A DNA stretch of 63,596 bases, filler included, from Octopus bimaculoides (taxonomy: Eukaryota): the NCBI RefSeq assembly GCF_001194135.2. It is 5 parts of 5 records of this genome, joined end to end, with 100 filler letters (N's around TTAATTAATTAA, not from the genome) between each part and the next. Parts side by side here need not be neighbours in the genome. Positions count along the whole stretch, not along the records: positions 22,595 to 45,079 come from NC_068989.1; positions 45,180 to 61,475 come from NC_068997.1; 3 more parts are not named here. One strand, given 5' to 3'. The notes beneath the pieces are model-generated. The model saw nothing but the letters and a program-made list of their open reading frames with translations, ran no database searches and was not told the DNA's origin. The position numbers were made by a program, and so were the translations under genes. The first letter of the stretch is position 1. Each line of letters opens with the position of its first letter. Of this stretch, positions 38,891 to 51,200 are shown piece after piece.

Positions 38891-39030
38891 AAATTTACAG
38901 AAAAGTAAAAGATGAAGACAGGTGTATGAACAACAAGTAGGTGTATTAGTTTGACGTTAGGGAAAGTGAGAAAGTCTTTTGCGTTTCGAACCTACGCTCT
39001 TCAACAGAAGAAAATTAGGAGAGATAGAAT
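38886..39030 (-). mobile_element. Short hammerhead-bearing repeat abutting (TA)n
   Basis: Minus strand ctgttga-a-gagc-gtag-gttc-gaaac-gc at 38981-39007, then ctaatacacc..cctgtcttc..(TA)n. Confidence 0.6.
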
Positions 39031-41443
39031 AAAAGAACTTGTGATCACTAGATCAGCCATGGTCAAAAGTGAACATTTGGAGTTTATTTCTTTGTTGTCA
39101 AATGGTTTTGAAGCCTTCATCTGCTTTTCTCAGGAGGAAATCTATCTTAATCTGTTTGAGTCTCCTTGATAAATTTTCTTGGAAAGCGTTTGGAACATTT
39201 ATTTTCTTCCATGCAAAGTGAATTCTTGTTGAGAGCACAAGAAGGACTATGAACCAATTGGATTTTAACAATAATAAAGTGTTCCTTTCTATCCTATAAT
39301 GGTCTGGAAGATTCGCAAACATGGAATAGATTTGCTAGGGCAAATGTTATTTGTTAGCTGATGAAAATCTACGCGCGTGAAAATCCCACTTTAACGTGGC
39401 ATTAATTATGGAAGAACTCAAAATCTGACTTTCCACTTAAACAAATTAAAATTGGGTATGTCAGTTTCAGTAAACAGCACAATCATCAAGTTTTATTTCT
39501 AAAACTGTTACTCAAAAACTTGATTTCTAGAGGGAGAGAGTAAAAGTAAGAGACGTTGGGAAGTGAAAGAGATGTTGACAGGAAGAGGAGTGACAGAAAT
39601 AGAGTTGAAATAACTGTGACAAAAGGGAAGGAAAGAAAAAAAGGGAGAGAGAAAGAAAAAAAGAGAGAGAGGGGGGGGGAAGCTACAAGGATTTGATAAA
39701 AGTGGAGTTTGTATAAAGATGAAATATAGAAATATAAAAGGGAGAGAGAGAGAGGGGGAAGGAGAGAACGAAAGGCAGTGAGAAACATGGAGAGAAATGA
39801 GAAAGAATGGTAGCAGTAAAGCTTTCACTGAGAAGCAAGAAGAGATAGTAAAGTAAAACAAAGTTTTAGCCCTATGGCGTCGGTGGAAAATTAACGATAG
39901 CTACGTACAGAAGAAAGAGAGGAAGGCGGAGATAGATATACACATAAACACGTCCGATTTTTCAAATTCTCTTGATGTTGCAGTATTTCTCCTTTGTTTG
40001 TTTGTTTCTTTCTTTCTTTCACACATTCAAACAGATACATCGGTATACCCACTCACTCACACACACGGCTAAACACAATCACACACACAGACAATCTTTT
40101 ACCGAAACTAGCTTTCATGTCATACGTGTTGCAAAGAGTCATTCCATATTTAAAGAACAAAGAAAATTATAACAACAATAATCTTAATAATCTTACCTAA
40201 ACATTAAATTTTATCTCTCAAGGGAAGGTTAGCAGCAAGAAAGTTGATGCTATATTTAAACTCAACGTAAAAAGTATCACGGAAACAAATGTGTTCAAAT
40301 GAGAAGACAGTTACAACATATTTAAATACGATTCATGCGAAACGTTCTAACATCGTTTGTTACTAGAAAACAATTTCTAGTTGAGATTATCAGAAAAATA
40401 AATTCAATTCATTACAAATTTAAATCTAATTTGACAGAAGTTTCAAACTAATGTCAGTCAATCCGATTCCAAACTAAAGCTGGAGCGTTGATTAAATAAT
40501 TAGAAATAGATGTTACTTAAATTGAATTCGTTGGAGAATGGAGAATCTTCGGTTTCTTTATACATACAAAACTGAGATCTAATAAGAAACATTTGAAGTA
40601 TTAGTATTTTAATTCAGAAAGAAGTATAGAATATCAGGTATGTACAATATCATTCTTAAGGGCAAATGACCTCGGTGATTGCTAGGATCAATAGAGGGTC
40701 TATACTATTAAAGTATGTTTCTTTACATTTGGAGTTCAAATCACACTCAGGTTAACTATTCTTTCTTAATCTCTCCAGATTTGTCAAAATACCAGACAAG
40801 TATTAGGAATGATATAATCGAGTATTCCTGCCCAAATATTGTATATTTTGAACAAGTATCAGGAATCAATATATATATATATANNNNNNNNNNNNNNNNN
40901 NNNNNNNNNNNNNNNNNNNNNNNNNNNNNNNNNNNNNNNNNNNNNNNNNNNNNNNNNNNNNNNNNNNNNNNNNNNNNNNNNNNNNNNNNNNNNNNNNNNN
41001 NNNNNNNNNNNNNNNNNNNNNNNNNNNNNNNNNNNNNNNNNNNNNNNNNNNNNNNNNNNNNNNNNNNNNNNNNNNNNNNNNNNNNNNNNNNNNNNNNNNN
41101 NNNNNNNNNNNNNNNNNNNNNNNNNNNNNNNNNNNNNNNNNNNNNNNNNNNNNNNNNNNNNNNNNNNNNNNNNNNNNNNNNNNNNNNNNNNNNNNNNNNN
41201 NNNNNNNNNNNNNNNNNNNNNNNNNNNNNNNNNNNNNNNNNNNNNNNNNNNNNNNNNNNNNNNNNNNNNNNNNNNNNNNNNNNNNNNNNNNNNNNNNNNN
41301 NNNNNNNNNNNNNNNNNNNNNNNNNNNNNNNNNNNNNNNNNNNNNNNNNNNNNNNNNNNNNNNNNNNNNNNNNNNNNNNNNNNNNNNNNNNNNNNNNNNN
41401 NNNNNNNNNNNNNNNNNNNNNNNNNNNNNNNNNNNNNNNNNNN

Positions 41444-41700
41444 ACGTTGGCTGTCCCCATGGTCTTTCTATTTGTGAACCCGAGGGAAGGACGAAGAATG
41501 TTGTCTACCAAGAAGCACTCCAATGATAACAACGACAACTTCAACTGTTCCAATTTCAACTCCGCAATTTTTTCATCGTCCTGCCAGTCCACGTAAGTCC
41601 ACTCTTGCTTTGCTCTCCTTACTATCTCACCATGACATTCTTTTTTTTCTACCAAGATCCGTCGCCCAAACACCACTTCGTATCCACTTCTTCCTCTTTT
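41444..41700 (-). mobile_element. Degenerate RTE-like RT fragment
   Basis: IVRRAKQEWTYVDWQDDEKIAEL..LVDNILRPSLGFTNRKT resembles the RTE region around the YADD motif. Confidence 0.4.
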
Positions 41701-41774
41701 TTATGTCTTCGTTTCTCTCTTCGTGTCGTTCTCTGACCAGGTGAAACCGGGCTTAACTGCTAGTCAAACTATAA

Positions 41775-41815
41775 AAGCACTCAGAGAGCGCAGACCTCCA
41801 CCAAACCAGCAGGAG
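41775..41815 (-). mobile_element. Isolated HINE 3' terminus
   Basis: aaagcactcagagagcgcagacctccacca matches the 30317 end. Confidence 0.55.
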
Positions 41816-42684
41816 CAGCACTACGATGACAACGACCACCACTACCACCCTATCACAATCACCACCATAACTATCCTACCACGGTCACCACCACTACAAC
41901 CACCAACATCATCAGCAGTATTGTCATTGCTTCCACTTCAACCACATACACCGCCATCAACGTTATCATGATGGTTACATTGACAGTCACTTTCCACGCC
42001 ACAACCAGTATAACCACTACAATATCACCATCACACAACTAACACTATCATCAACACCACTATTAACACCATCCCCTCAGCATCACACCACACCTGTCGC
42101 CGTTATAACCACCGGTACTATTTTCTCCTCCTCCCATACTTATCTTGACCGTCGTCATCATCAACACTCTCTGCTTTCACCACAATCACCGTCAAAACTA
42201 CGATCACCACAATCAGTTTCTTTACACAGTTGAAAATCCGTTATCTGATACTCATGTGACCGAGATTGTTGCAGATTTTTTTTCTAATTTCGGAGTGCTT
42301 TATTAAAAAAAAATTGCATCTACAAAATGGAACAGTTTGAGGATAGAAATCAAGTCTAAACACAATAGCTTANNNNNNNNNNNNNNNNNNNNNNNNNNNN
42401 NNNNNNNNNNNNNNNNNNNNNNNNNNNNNNNNNNNNNNNNNNNNNNNNNNNNNNNNNNNNNNNNNNNNNNNNATACGTATATTTATACATTCATATCTAC
42501 ATACATTACGTAAGTACGTACATACATACTTACATACGTACATACATACATATATATCAGTGGCGTGCAGTCTCAGCCATGCAAGCTATGCGCCGCATGA
42601 TCTGTTATATAATCGGAAAATTAGATAAAATAGTTACTTTCTTGCAAAAAATAATCCGTCCAGTTTTGGAAATAATCTCTCCCC

Positions 42685-42963
42685 TTCCCCTCTCTCAGTG
42701 GCTAGTAAAAGCTTTGAGAATCCAGCATATAGACACTGCCTAACTCCCTATCTATGTTAGTTTGTCCTTCCTTCCTTCTCCTCTCTCTCTCTCTTAGTAA
42801 CCTGTCAAAAGATATGCTAAGACCGATCTCCCGTTCCCCTCTCTCAGTGACTAGTAAAAGCTTTGAGAAGGGTATGCAATGAGAATCCAGCATATAGACA
42901 CTCCTAACTCCCTATCTATGTTAGTTTGTCCTTCCTTCCTTCCTCCTCTCTCTCTCTCACACA

Positions 42964-43009
<46 letters not shown>

Positions 43010-43037
43010 GTGACCTGTCAAAAGATATGCTAAGACC
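42685..43037. repeat. Two-copy tandem duplication (about 140 and 200 bp)
   Basis: Units at 42685-42824 and 42834-43037 are nearly identical; the second has a short insertion and an expanded CT/CA tract. Confidence 0.9.
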
Positions 43038-43138
43038 ATAGCATATATATTTTGTACCTCTCTCTGTCAGTGATTCCACAAATTTATCATAGGAAGTAAT
43101 GCTTTCTGATAATAGCATGACCCCCACCTCTCAATCTC

Positions 43139-44940
43139 TTAACCCTAACCCTAACCCTTAAACCTGACTCCTAACCCTAACCCTAACCCTAACCCTAACC
43201 CTAACCCTAACACTTAACCCTAACCCTAAACCTAACCCTAACACTTAACCCTAACCCTTACCCTAACCGTTAACCCTAACCCTAACCCTAACCCTAGAAC
43301 CCTATTCCTAACGGTAGCCCTATAACCCTAACACTATAACCCTAACCCTAACCCTATAACCCTAACCCTAGACCTAACCCCAACCTAAACCCTAACCCTA
43401 TAACCCTAACGCTAACCCTAACCCTAACCCTAACACTTAACCCTAGCCCTAACCCTAACACTTAACCCTAACCCTAACCCTAGCCCTAATCCTATCCCTA
43501 ACCCTTAAACCTAACTCCTGACCCTAACCCTTATCCTAACCCTAACCCTAACCCTAACCCTTAACCCTTAACCCTTAACCTTAACCCTAACCCTAACCTT
43601 ATATCCCTATAACCCTAACCATAACCCTAACACTATCCGTAACCCTATAACCCTAACCCTAACCCTATAACCCAAATCCTAACCCTATAACCCTAACCCT
43701 AGCCTTAACCCTAAACCTATAACCCTAGCCCTAACCCTAACTCTAACCCTAACCCTATAGCCCTAACGCTAGCCCTAACACTAACCATAACCCTATAACC
43801 CTAACCCTAACCTTAACCCTAACCCTAGCCCTAACCCTAACCCCCTAACCCTAACCCTATAACCCTAACCCTAACACTAGACCTAACACTTAACCTTAAC
43901 CCTAAACCTAACCCTAACGCTAACCCTAACCCTATAACACTAACCCTAACCCTAAACATAACCCTAACCCTAACCCTATAACCTTAACACTATAACCCTA
44001 ACCCTATAACCCTAACCCTAACGCTAACCATACCCCTAACCCTATAACCCTAACACTTAACCCTAACCCTATAACCCTATAACCTTAACCCTAACCCTAA
44101 ACCTATAACCCTAACCCTAACTCTAACCCTAACCCTATGACCCTAACCCTAACCCTTACCCTAACCCTATAACCCTAACCCTAACGCTAACCATAACCCT
44201 ATAACCCTAACCCTAACCCTAACCCTATGACCCTAACCCTATAACCTTAACCCTAACCCTAACCGTAACCTTAACCCTAACACTTAACCCTAACCCTATA
44301 ACCTATAACCCTCTAACCCTAACCCTCTAACCCTAACTCTAACCCTAGCCCTATGACCCTAACCCTAACCCTAACGCTAACCCTAAACTTATAAACCCTA
44401 ACCCTATAACCCTAACCCTAGCCTTAGCCCTAACCATAACCCTAATCCTAAACATAATCCTAACCCTAACCCTAAATCTCAACCTTAAACTTACCCTAAC
44501 ATTAACCCTAAATCTAAACATTAAACTTACCCTAACCCTATCCCTAACCGTAACCCTAACCCTAAACCTAACCCTAACCCTAACCCTAACCGTCACCATA
44601 AACCTAACCCTAAACCTTACACTAACGATAACCCTAACCCAAACCCTAATCCTAACCCTAAACCTAACCCTAACCCTAACCCTAACACTAACCCTAACCA
44701 TAAACCTAACCCTATACCTAACCCTAAACATAACCCTAACCCTAAACCCAACCATATCCCTAGCCCTTACCCTAACGTTAAACCTAACCCTATCCCTAAC
44801 CCTAAACCTAACCCTAACCATAATCCTAAACCTAACTCAAACTTTAAACCTAACCCTAGCCCTAACCCTAAACCTAACCCTAACACTAACCCTGACCCTA
44901 AACCTACCCCTGACACTAACCCTAACCCTAACGCTAACCA
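43139..44940 (-). repeat. Degenerate telomere-type (TTAGGG)n array, about 1.8 kb, interstitial
   Basis: (CCCTAA)n on the plus strand with variants CCCTATAA, CACTTAA, CGCTAA, CCTAAA and CCCTAG. Confidence 0.95.
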
Positions 44941-45079
44941 TATATATTTACGTATGTATGTATGTATGTATGTATGTATGTATGTATGTATGCACGTATG
45001 TTGTATGTATGTACGTACATAATGTATGTATTTATGTATGCATTTATGTACGTATGTGCGTATGTAAGTACGTACGTAA

Positions 45080-45179
45080 NNNNNNNNNNNNNNNNNNNNN
45101 NNNNNNNNNNNNNNNNNNNNNNNTTAATTAATTAANNNNNNNNNNNNNNNNNNNNNNNNNNNNNNNNNNNNNNNNNNNN
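45080..45179. other. Artificial 100-bp join
   Basis: TTAATTAATTAA at 45124-45135 between 44-N runs. Confidence 0.9.
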
Positions 45180-45263
45180 CACACAGAGCTGCGCTCGGTA
45201 GTGAAGTGAAAGCATTTTATAAAAATAAAACTACTGAACAACAACAACAACAACAACAACAAC

Positions 45264-45317
<54 letters not shown>

Positions 45318-45377
45318 CAGCAAAAAATACCATAAGAATGAGAAACTACAGTTGGGCTCAAAATACTGCCAGGACTC

Positions 45378-45413
45378 CTGATGAAGGATGGAGAGTAAAT
45401 CAGCCGAAACGTT
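45378..45413 (+). ncRNA. Minimal type-I hammerhead ribozyme-like motif (Penelope pLTR-type)
   Basis: CTGATGA-a-ggatgg-loop-tcagcc-GAAAC-GTT: canonical core, imperfect stem II, palindromic AACGTT stem III; stem I is weak. Confidence 0.55.
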
Positions 45414-46089
45414 GTGGTAACAACAAACAAGACGAGGACACGTATCCGTCCAATGCAAATAATGTACAGAATTCCTCATTTCTAAAATATAGAACACTAC
45501 GTAAATGAGTATTATTCCAGTATAATTCATTATTAAAGAATGGTCAATGCATGTCAATCACATGCTGGAACATCGCATCCTAAAAACCCCTTTATAGTGA
45601 ACTCTCTATGTTGGAGACGATGTTAGGAAGCAAACAAAGAGTTACTAAAAGTTTTCGATATAATTGTCTTCTGCATGTCCACATCTGACTCAACTGATGT
45701 AGTCCCATCTATATGCCGCTGGAGTCGCTGAAATAAAATAGTAAATGCTACAGCAAAGACAGATACATAAGTAACCAAGAAACTAGAAGCATAAGTAACC
45801 AAGTGCCGCATCACTCTGGATGTGAAGAAGTATACCTGACCCACATGTAAGAGATGATTTGCCCACCAGATCAGAATAGAAAATTCGAGCCAATATTGAC
45901 TTCTGCTTATCATCCACAACAAACGAGAATATACATTATCCTGTCCTGTATAATCTCTGCTTTTATTTATGCAAACTTTGCAGCCAAGCGTTTTGTTTCC
46001 GACAGATTCTGAAGCCAGAATTTCGTCGTTAAGTTGTTAGAATTCTGTATCATCAGTAATATGGTTGAATTGTGTATCGCACCTTAAAT

Positions 46090-46330
46090 TCAGTGCCTTT
46101 GAGAAGCATCATGACTGCCTCAACTATTTCTTTAAGGATTCCATCAATTCGTAGCGTTTGTTGCATCTTAACTCTGTTAACAGAGCTGAAAGCTTTTGGG
46201 AAATCGAAAATTAACAGAATACCATTCTGATATATCTCAGAAGGCTAGGCCATACCAGCTCACTTTCAATACCATATACAAGAACCATATCAGCAGTAGT
46301 TAATTCATTGGTCTCATAGAAATCCCGAAC
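46090..46330 (-). mobile_element. Degenerate RTE RT fragment
   Basis: DFPKAFSSVNRVKMQQTLRIDGILKEIVEAVMMLLKGTEFKVR resembles DFxKAFDSVHR..GIPxxIVxAI..Y. Confidence 0.6.
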
Positions 46331-47666
46331 GTAAATAATGTCATGTTCAATTTATCACTCCTTGTCGTTATATGTAACGACGAAGAGTAATAAATTGAAC
46401 GTAGGTATGTAGGTATGACATGATTTTACTGTCAAATAGAGACGACATGTCACAAATATTTTTGACTAGAAACACTTCACAATAAAAATAGAGATGTTAA
46501 TAGCAAAAAATCAAACGACATTCTCATACTTGCCGACTTCAGATGTAGTCTTAGCAATACAACTATAAATGCATCATTCTCGTGCATCATTAAATGTAGG
46601 CGATTAGGCATAATGGTTTTATTTCCTCAAAGGTAAAAGTATCCTAGTAACGACATCTTACGTCTTTTATCTTAGTAGTAGAAAAGAAAATCTCAGCAGA
46701 TTTTTACTTTCTTTGAGTTCTGTGATATTTACGCATGATACATAAATATTTACAGGATTTAGTCTAAAAGGCCATAACCCGAATAACATAAATCTATAAT
46801 ACGGAAAATGTTTATAAATTGAAACTTTTACTTTTATTTTCTTTCTTAGATTATGATATCATAAATATCCCGATCAAACACAAAATTAAACAGAATAACT
46901 GATCGAGATTCTCTGAAAGGTCATGTAATGTTAGATCAATATAAAGTTAATATGACAGTTTTTGTATTAGTTTTGAACAAAATTCGTAGCCTAGGGTAAT
47001 CACTGGTGCACAATAGAAATACAATCTCTAGTTATTCTGCAGAGATCAAATATTTCCATCACCTTTCTCCCTGCTTATTCCTTGATGCTGCTCAACTCTA
47101 TTCTTCATGACGTTCCCTAATCCTAGTAGTTTATAGAATTTCAAAAAGAGACGTATTCGAAAACGGTAGCCCATTTTCCTACAAATCGGTTTCTCTTTCA
47201 TACATACAAACAAACAAACAAACAAACATATATGGTGCATGCGTTATGTAAGTATATATGTAGTGGATCACAAATTGATACTAGAAGCATAGATTAAATA
47301 GGGTGAGGAAGTCCAGAAGCAGAGAGTTAGCTTAAAGAACGCCTGAAATCTATTGACAAACAATAATAGAGATAAGGAATATAGTTGTATATATGTATGT
47401 GTATGTGTGTATGCTTGTATGTATGTAATTACGAATGAATGTATGTATGCATGTATGTTTGAGTGCGCGTTCGTGTGTAAGCGCGTTTGTGTGCGACTGG
47501 ATTTTAAAAAGCATTAAATATATGTAGAACTTATTCATCTCTTTGAAAGTGAAAACTCTAGGCCATCGCTATAATTTCTCCGATGCCATGTATTCCTCTA
47601 TTTCTCTGGATTGTTGACATATATTTGTGTGTGTGAGTGTGTGTGTGCATATGTGTGTGTGTGTGT

Positions 47667-47787
<121 letters not shown>

Positions 47788-47863
47788 CACACATATCACG
47801 CACAAACACAGACGTACACACATGTCTTTATAGATAGATAGATAGATAGACAGATAGATAGAT

Positions 47864-47948
<85 letters not shown>

Positions 47949-48386
47949 CACAGACAGACAGACTGATTGATTGACTGATTGATTGATTGATAGATATCTC
48001 GACTAACGAAAATAATGTATTCCACTTACTTTTCAATCAGAAATTTACGCAGATTTTTATTCTTCATTATTGAAAAAATATATATATACTTATTTAAAAT
48101 GCTGTAGGCCTCTGATGTTCCCACACATTTGAACAAAAATGAAATACAATTCCTTCAAAAAAATATACAGTATTTAGTTTATGAAGCAAATAAAAATAAG
48201 AAGAAATAAAAACTAAATACATAACTATGTTAAAATTTTTATTTTTATAAAAAGGGCATAAAAGATTAGCTACTTTACTTTCTTCTCACGAACTTCTAAT
48301 ACTTTCTTATAGCTATGTAGCATTACCCGTACAGGTGTCTCAACTTCATTCAAAATTTGCATCGTTTTCTGACAGCTACTATAAAG

Positions 48387-48702
48387 CTGCGATTCTCAAC
48401 CATTTTTTTTTATCTATAGACCCCTTCAGTTTCTATTTTATTCTGGTGGACTCCCATAGCTATTCGATGTTCAAAAACTAATTTTATAGATACTTCTTTC
48501 AAAATGACTATTTTGTTCATCACATATTAACTTGTGTAGGTTGAACTATGGAAAACAGCGAGAGAAACCTTACTGTTTCTTGCGATGAATAGCAAAATTT
48601 TTCATGCCATCTTAAAATAATATAGTAGACACAATTTACTCAATTACCTCCGTGGACCCTACTAAAGAAAAAACTTATATGAAACCCGGATTTGAACCAC
48701 GG
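48387..48702. mobile_element. Possible old hAT/Charlie-type MITE
   Basis: Weak TIRs ctgcgattctcaacc / ggatttgaaccacgg (9/15), subterminal ggaccc motifs, flanks ctataaag and ttttaaag. Confidence 0.35.
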
Positions 48703-49773
48703 TTTTAAAGTATCCTTTATATACCACAAAGACTTTTCGAAAAGATCTCTCTTGCTAAACCAGTTTGATGTGTCTCTTCTTCGCTCTCTGAAGTAGACAC
48801 TGTTAACTGCTTAAATTCTCAATAGATTAGGATTTCATAATCAACATGCATTAAATCCTGAATACCACCTGCATATACCTCTTGTGTTATTCCATATTTA
48901 TATTTGAATACAGTTTTGTACAAACTACAATGGGACGTATGTTTACCTTTTCCCAGCCAACTTTAGAACTTTAATTTTTTGCAGAATGTAATTTCTTCAG
49001 AATACTTTGACTAATCCATGTTCGTCATCAGTCACTATAATTAAATAATTCTAATATAATGTACTTTGTGAACGGAAACATCTTCTTGATGAGAAGAAAT
49101 GTTTGGTGGAATAAAATAAACTTCAACAAGTAGATAAGTTTAGTGAAAAATCAAGATCTGAAGGATACATTACAAAAACGAAAAAAAAAAGAAAAGAAAG
49201 AAAGAAAAAGCATAAGTCCTTTCTGTTCGAAGTTATTCTTTTCAAAGTAACGTTTGATAACAGGACAGAAATATTTAAAGAAACGACTATTTAAAGATAG
49301 CATTTTTGTTACACTTCATTGTAACAATCAGACTAGATTTGGAGATCTTTCATTGCTCTTGGAGTATCACAATGGAAAATAAGCAGTTGCTTAATTTTCT
49401 AAGCCCCTAGGGACATTTATTCTTAACAATATGAGATGATCTTTTTCTGCATATACCCTTGTGTCTTTTGTCTTGATTTCAAATGATGGTTTTTGAGAAT
49501 GAACGTTTCCAAAATCTCCCACATTAGCCCACTAAAACTAGATCTGAGTATTTACCTCTTTCCGTTCAATTGTGCCGGAACTCCTATGCCTGCTGACCTT
49601 TCTCTCAAAGCCTTCTACTGTCGATATTGAGGTCGCATAACCACGAGTAGTTAAAGAATGCCAGGAAGGATGCAATCAAACACCTTCCCCAGGCTCTTCA
49701 CTGGTTTCTCGCTACCAACCAAGAAGCAGAAATTTGCAGACAGACTGACAGATAACTAGCTAAGCTAGCTAGC

Positions 49774-49843
<70 letters not shown>

Positions 49844-51007
49844 TGCATGTATGTATGTATGTATGTATGTATGTATGTATGGATGGATGGATGGATGGAT
49901 GGATGGATGGAATAGATCGAAAAGTTTTATAATGCATCAATATAGCTAAGCGACATATCTAAGTTTAGCTTGCTCCACTCAACTCCTTTTGTAGTATTAC
50001 CATTTCTTCTTCTTACACAAACTCTCTTCCACTCCTTTTTCAACAAGCCAAACTTATTTATTTATTTGTGATACCCATTTGTGCTTGTTTTATATTTTTT
50101 AAATGTTCTAAATTTTCAGTTTTGTAAATTTTTATATATCACTTTTTCTATCTTTGTTTCTTCAATTCTAATATAATTTTTGCTGGAAATTTTTCCTCGG
50201 CTGCTGATATTTTAACTATTTCCCTGTGCTAAAACATAGAATTCGTTTTATTCAACACTTTTTGTTGCATATATGGTTCATCGTTAACCGTTATTCGTAT
50301 AATCCAACAGATTCCATTAATTTTGATATGTAATAAACCCTGTTCATTCAGCCTTAAATGTTTATTTGATTCTAATAATTCCCACGGTGCTATATATTCA
50401 AACATTTATAAACCGTTATGTCATTCCAAAGGTTCACTTCTGTCTGATGACTGGTTATCTCAAAGTGTGAATAATACGTTGTGAAGTTTTTCACATTCAG
50501 TGAAAAATATTCTACTCTATCTTTGATATTCGAATAGTATTTTTCGATCTAGTTCATTACACATCTCTCCAAATGTTTCTCTCTCTCTCTCACTCTCTCT
50601 TCGCACTCACTTTATGTGTGTGTGTGTGTGTGTGTGTGTGTNNNNNNNNNNNNNNNNNNNNNNNNNNNNNNNNNNNNNNNNNNNNNNNNNNNNNNNNNNN
50701 NNNNNNNNNNNNNNNNNNNNNNNNNNNNNNNNNNNNNNNNNNNNNNNNNNNNNNNNNNNNNNNNNNNNNNNNNNNNNNNNNNNNNNNNNNNNNNNNNNNN
50801 NNNNNNNNNNNNNNNNNNNNNNNNNNNNNNNNNNNNNNNNNNNNNNNNNNNNNNNNNNNNNNNNNNNNNNNNNNNNNNNNNNNNNNNNNNNNNNNNNNNN
50901 NNNNNNNNNNNNNNNNNNNNNNNNNNNNNNNNNNNNNNNNNNNNNNNNNNNNNNNNNNNNNNNNNNNNNNNNNNNNNNNNNNNNNNNNNNNNNNNNNATA
51001 TATATAG

Positions 51008-51200
51008 GGAGAATTCACAAAAAAAAAACAACAGACGAAGACAGGTGGTATTGAAAATAAATAGATGTATTAGTATAACGCTCGGGAATTGAGGAAGTTT
51101 TTAACGTTTCGAGCCTACGCTCTTCTACAGAAAGGAACACGGAAAGAAACCAGGAGAGAAACAAGGAGAGAAAAAAATGTGTGTAGTAGTCAGCGATCTA
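51008..51200 (-). mobile_element. Short hammerhead-bearing repeat abutting (TA)n, at the 3' end of a Dong copy
   Basis: Minus strand ttt-ctgtaga-a-gagc-gtag-gctc-gaaac-gtt-aaaa at 51103-51130. Confidence 0.65.

Noticed and set aside
43139-44940. CRISPR-like or coding interpretation of the periodic array
   Set aside because: No unique spacers; it is a degenerate hexamer tandem repeat in eukaryotic DNA.
49560-49740. GC-richer island resembling a LINE 5' UTR or old SINE (similar islands at 31780-31900, 33790-34200 and 35200-35340)
   Set aside because: Single degenerate copy here with no diagnostic boxes, TSD or ORF, so it cannot be assigned without a library search.
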